Of a stretch of DNA of 64,000 nt, positions 62,212 through 64,000 are shown piece after piece. The DNA comes from Antedon mediterranea (lineage: Eukaryota > Animalia > Echinodermata): contig NC_092678.1 of assembly GCF_964355755.1 (NCBI RefSeq), forward strand, positions 14,906,371 through 14,970,370, read 5' to 3'. A program made the translations under genes and the position numbers. Each line of letters starts with the position of its first letter. Position 1 is the first letter of the stretch. Below the pieces are notes generated by a model, which was not told the DNA's origin, made no database searches, and was given only the letters and a program-made list of their open reading frames with translations.

Positions 62212-64000
62212 GTAAAAAAAAATAAAATTGATACAAATATGTGTTAACATAAGCTAGTATTTATTAATCAATTATTTCAACGTACATGTATACGTGTATT
62301 ATGTTGACTAATGGTTGCCTCTCTTGAATTTGTAAAATATAAAGCTTTTTAAACTGGATGTAATGGATTAAAAGTATTTAAGGAATTTTGTTCACTTCAA
62401 CATAATAGATTCAACCCCAAAGAACCATCGACAGATGTATAGTTACAGCTACCGTGTTTAAAGCAACTGGAGAGACTAAATGGAAGAAGATTAAAGAGGA
62501 AAACGGTAAAGACAATGTGATTACTCTAAATGTTTGTGTTGTTTCCTTTATCATCATTATTTATATATCTTTAACATTGATCAACTCTTTGTCAGGAATA
62601 GACACCACGTGTTGTGAATGTTTAAAAGACTGACACAACACAGAAATAGGCATACATGTTAACATTATTTGCGTCTTTCTGATAAACTCCAAGCAACATA
62701 TGTGTATACGCTCTTTATTTTTTACTAATTGGTTTATTTGTACTGATTCTGAGATAACAAAGAAAATGCGTGAAAATGCGTTAGCAAAAAAACTTAACAA
62801 CGAGTTAAAACAGGGTATGTACAGCAAAACTAATGGAAACTTTCCATTTATCAATTATTATAAACAAAACTGTAGATACATTGGATTCGATATTATGGAA
62901 TGAAACAATGCCCTAGACGATAGTATAAAAATGGTGAACTTCAAAAGTATTTAGGATCACAGTAAGATTTTAAAAAATCACATGATTAGGCCTAACATCA
63001 TCAAATTTTAAATACAAAAACATGACGTTAAAAAAAATGATAAAAATACAAATGCAAACTACTGAAAATAGTAAAACATCATAGAATAGGATTTTAAAAA
63101 AACTGACATATATATAGTGGGTAAAATAGATTCACACCGATGATGGATAACGCTTCACGAGACATGTATGCAGGTTTACAACCATCCGTAGATATCAGAT
63201 TGAAATCATCTAAAACGAATTATTTTATGTTTATTTTAATAGTTTCAAATTATTGTATCACTATATGATGCACAACATAGTTGACCTTAGTTAGATGAAC
63301 CTAACCTGAACTTTACATATAAACAACTATAAAATACACAACAATATCCAAAGAAAAATATTAGAATTGAATGTCGGTTCTTTTTCTTCGATTTCCCTCT
63401 TGGCGAGTTCATTCGTATGTAAAACAAGTGTTTGCTCAAGAATAGTGTGACTCGAAGACCGCCTCGCGATACCAACAGTTTTTTAGATGATAGTGTGTCA
63501 TTTTGTAACTAACTAAAAACAAAAAAATTTGAGAGATTTGCAATTTCTCTAAAAGACACTGTAGAAAAAACAGTGTAATTTAACTATTTTTATGTGTTCT
63601 GATTTACAATTTATTTAAAAACATAATTTTGAATATGTGATTAAGTATGATTGTTACTATTGTATATGTTTTGACAAATACATTCCTTAAATTATATCAC
63701 ATTTGAAAAAAAAATCGTTACCGTATTAATGATATTGTATCACATATCAAATGAATAGCATAATATGTAGATTTTTGTCTGCATGTATTAATTTTCAATT
63801 AAATTGTTTAGAATGAAAAAAATACACTACGTATTAATTTTACTTAATATATTTTCCGATAGTCTATGCCCAATTTCGTCGCATTACCTTATTTTTACCA
63901 GGCGTTAATCACAAGGATTCATGTGTATTCATCGGCGAAACCTTCTTCATGGATCACTGATCTTAACTAAACAATTAAAACTGCGCAAGTTAAAATCTGC

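Larger units (their letters stand above)
44512..62814 (+). pseudogene. Ankyrin-repeat ROC GTPase (ROCO-type) gene, probably inactivated; likely continues past the window
   Basis: Ankyrin exons 44512-44622, 46035-46139, 55930-56034 and 56828-56932 (DGNTPLHEY...VVxxLTKQGASVTALNK). Exon 61794-61878. ROC exon 62055-62211 (PPEIFAMGKEVIKIYKDELKDG...CMFLGMEGAGKTS). Exon 62409-62505 (FNPKEPSTD, then an apparent 1-bp deletion). Exon 62746-62814 has TG in place of the AG acceptor. Confidence 0.75.

Noticed and set aside
63902-64000. Possible further ROC-gene exon after tttttaccag
   Set aside because: The expected phase hits a stop within about 20 codons and no motif is recognisable; it cannot be supported at the window edge.

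Overview
AT-rich, intron-containing animal DNA, most likely a marine invertebrate deuterostome such as an echinoderm (inferred from gene and transposon content). Three host-gene units lie on the + strand. (1) The 3' ten exons of an apparently intact adhesion GPCR (cbEGF, HormR-like, GAIN/GPS with HL|T, 7TM; 1869-29084). (2) Three phase-1 micro-exons plus a terminal exon encoding tandem death-effector-like domains (31886-38223), with no visible first exon of their own; they are in frame with a cryptic donor in the aGPCR tail. (3) An ankyrin-ROC (ROCO-type) gene with tandemly duplicated ankyrin exons and probable inactivating lesions (44512 to beyond 62814). The introns are packed with nested transposons whose termini and target-site duplications can often be read directly: MULE-like foldbacks, Kolobok, Helentron-type HINEs, canonical Helitrons, an L2 LINE carrying a Tx1 insertion, Gmr1-like Gypsy, Chapaev, EnSpm-like and Crypton-like elements, and a 366-bp tandem array carrying a tRNA-like gene. 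The top hypothesis is an alternatively spliced adhesion-GPCR/tandem-DED receptor. All family assignments come from motifs recognised by eye; no database search was run.
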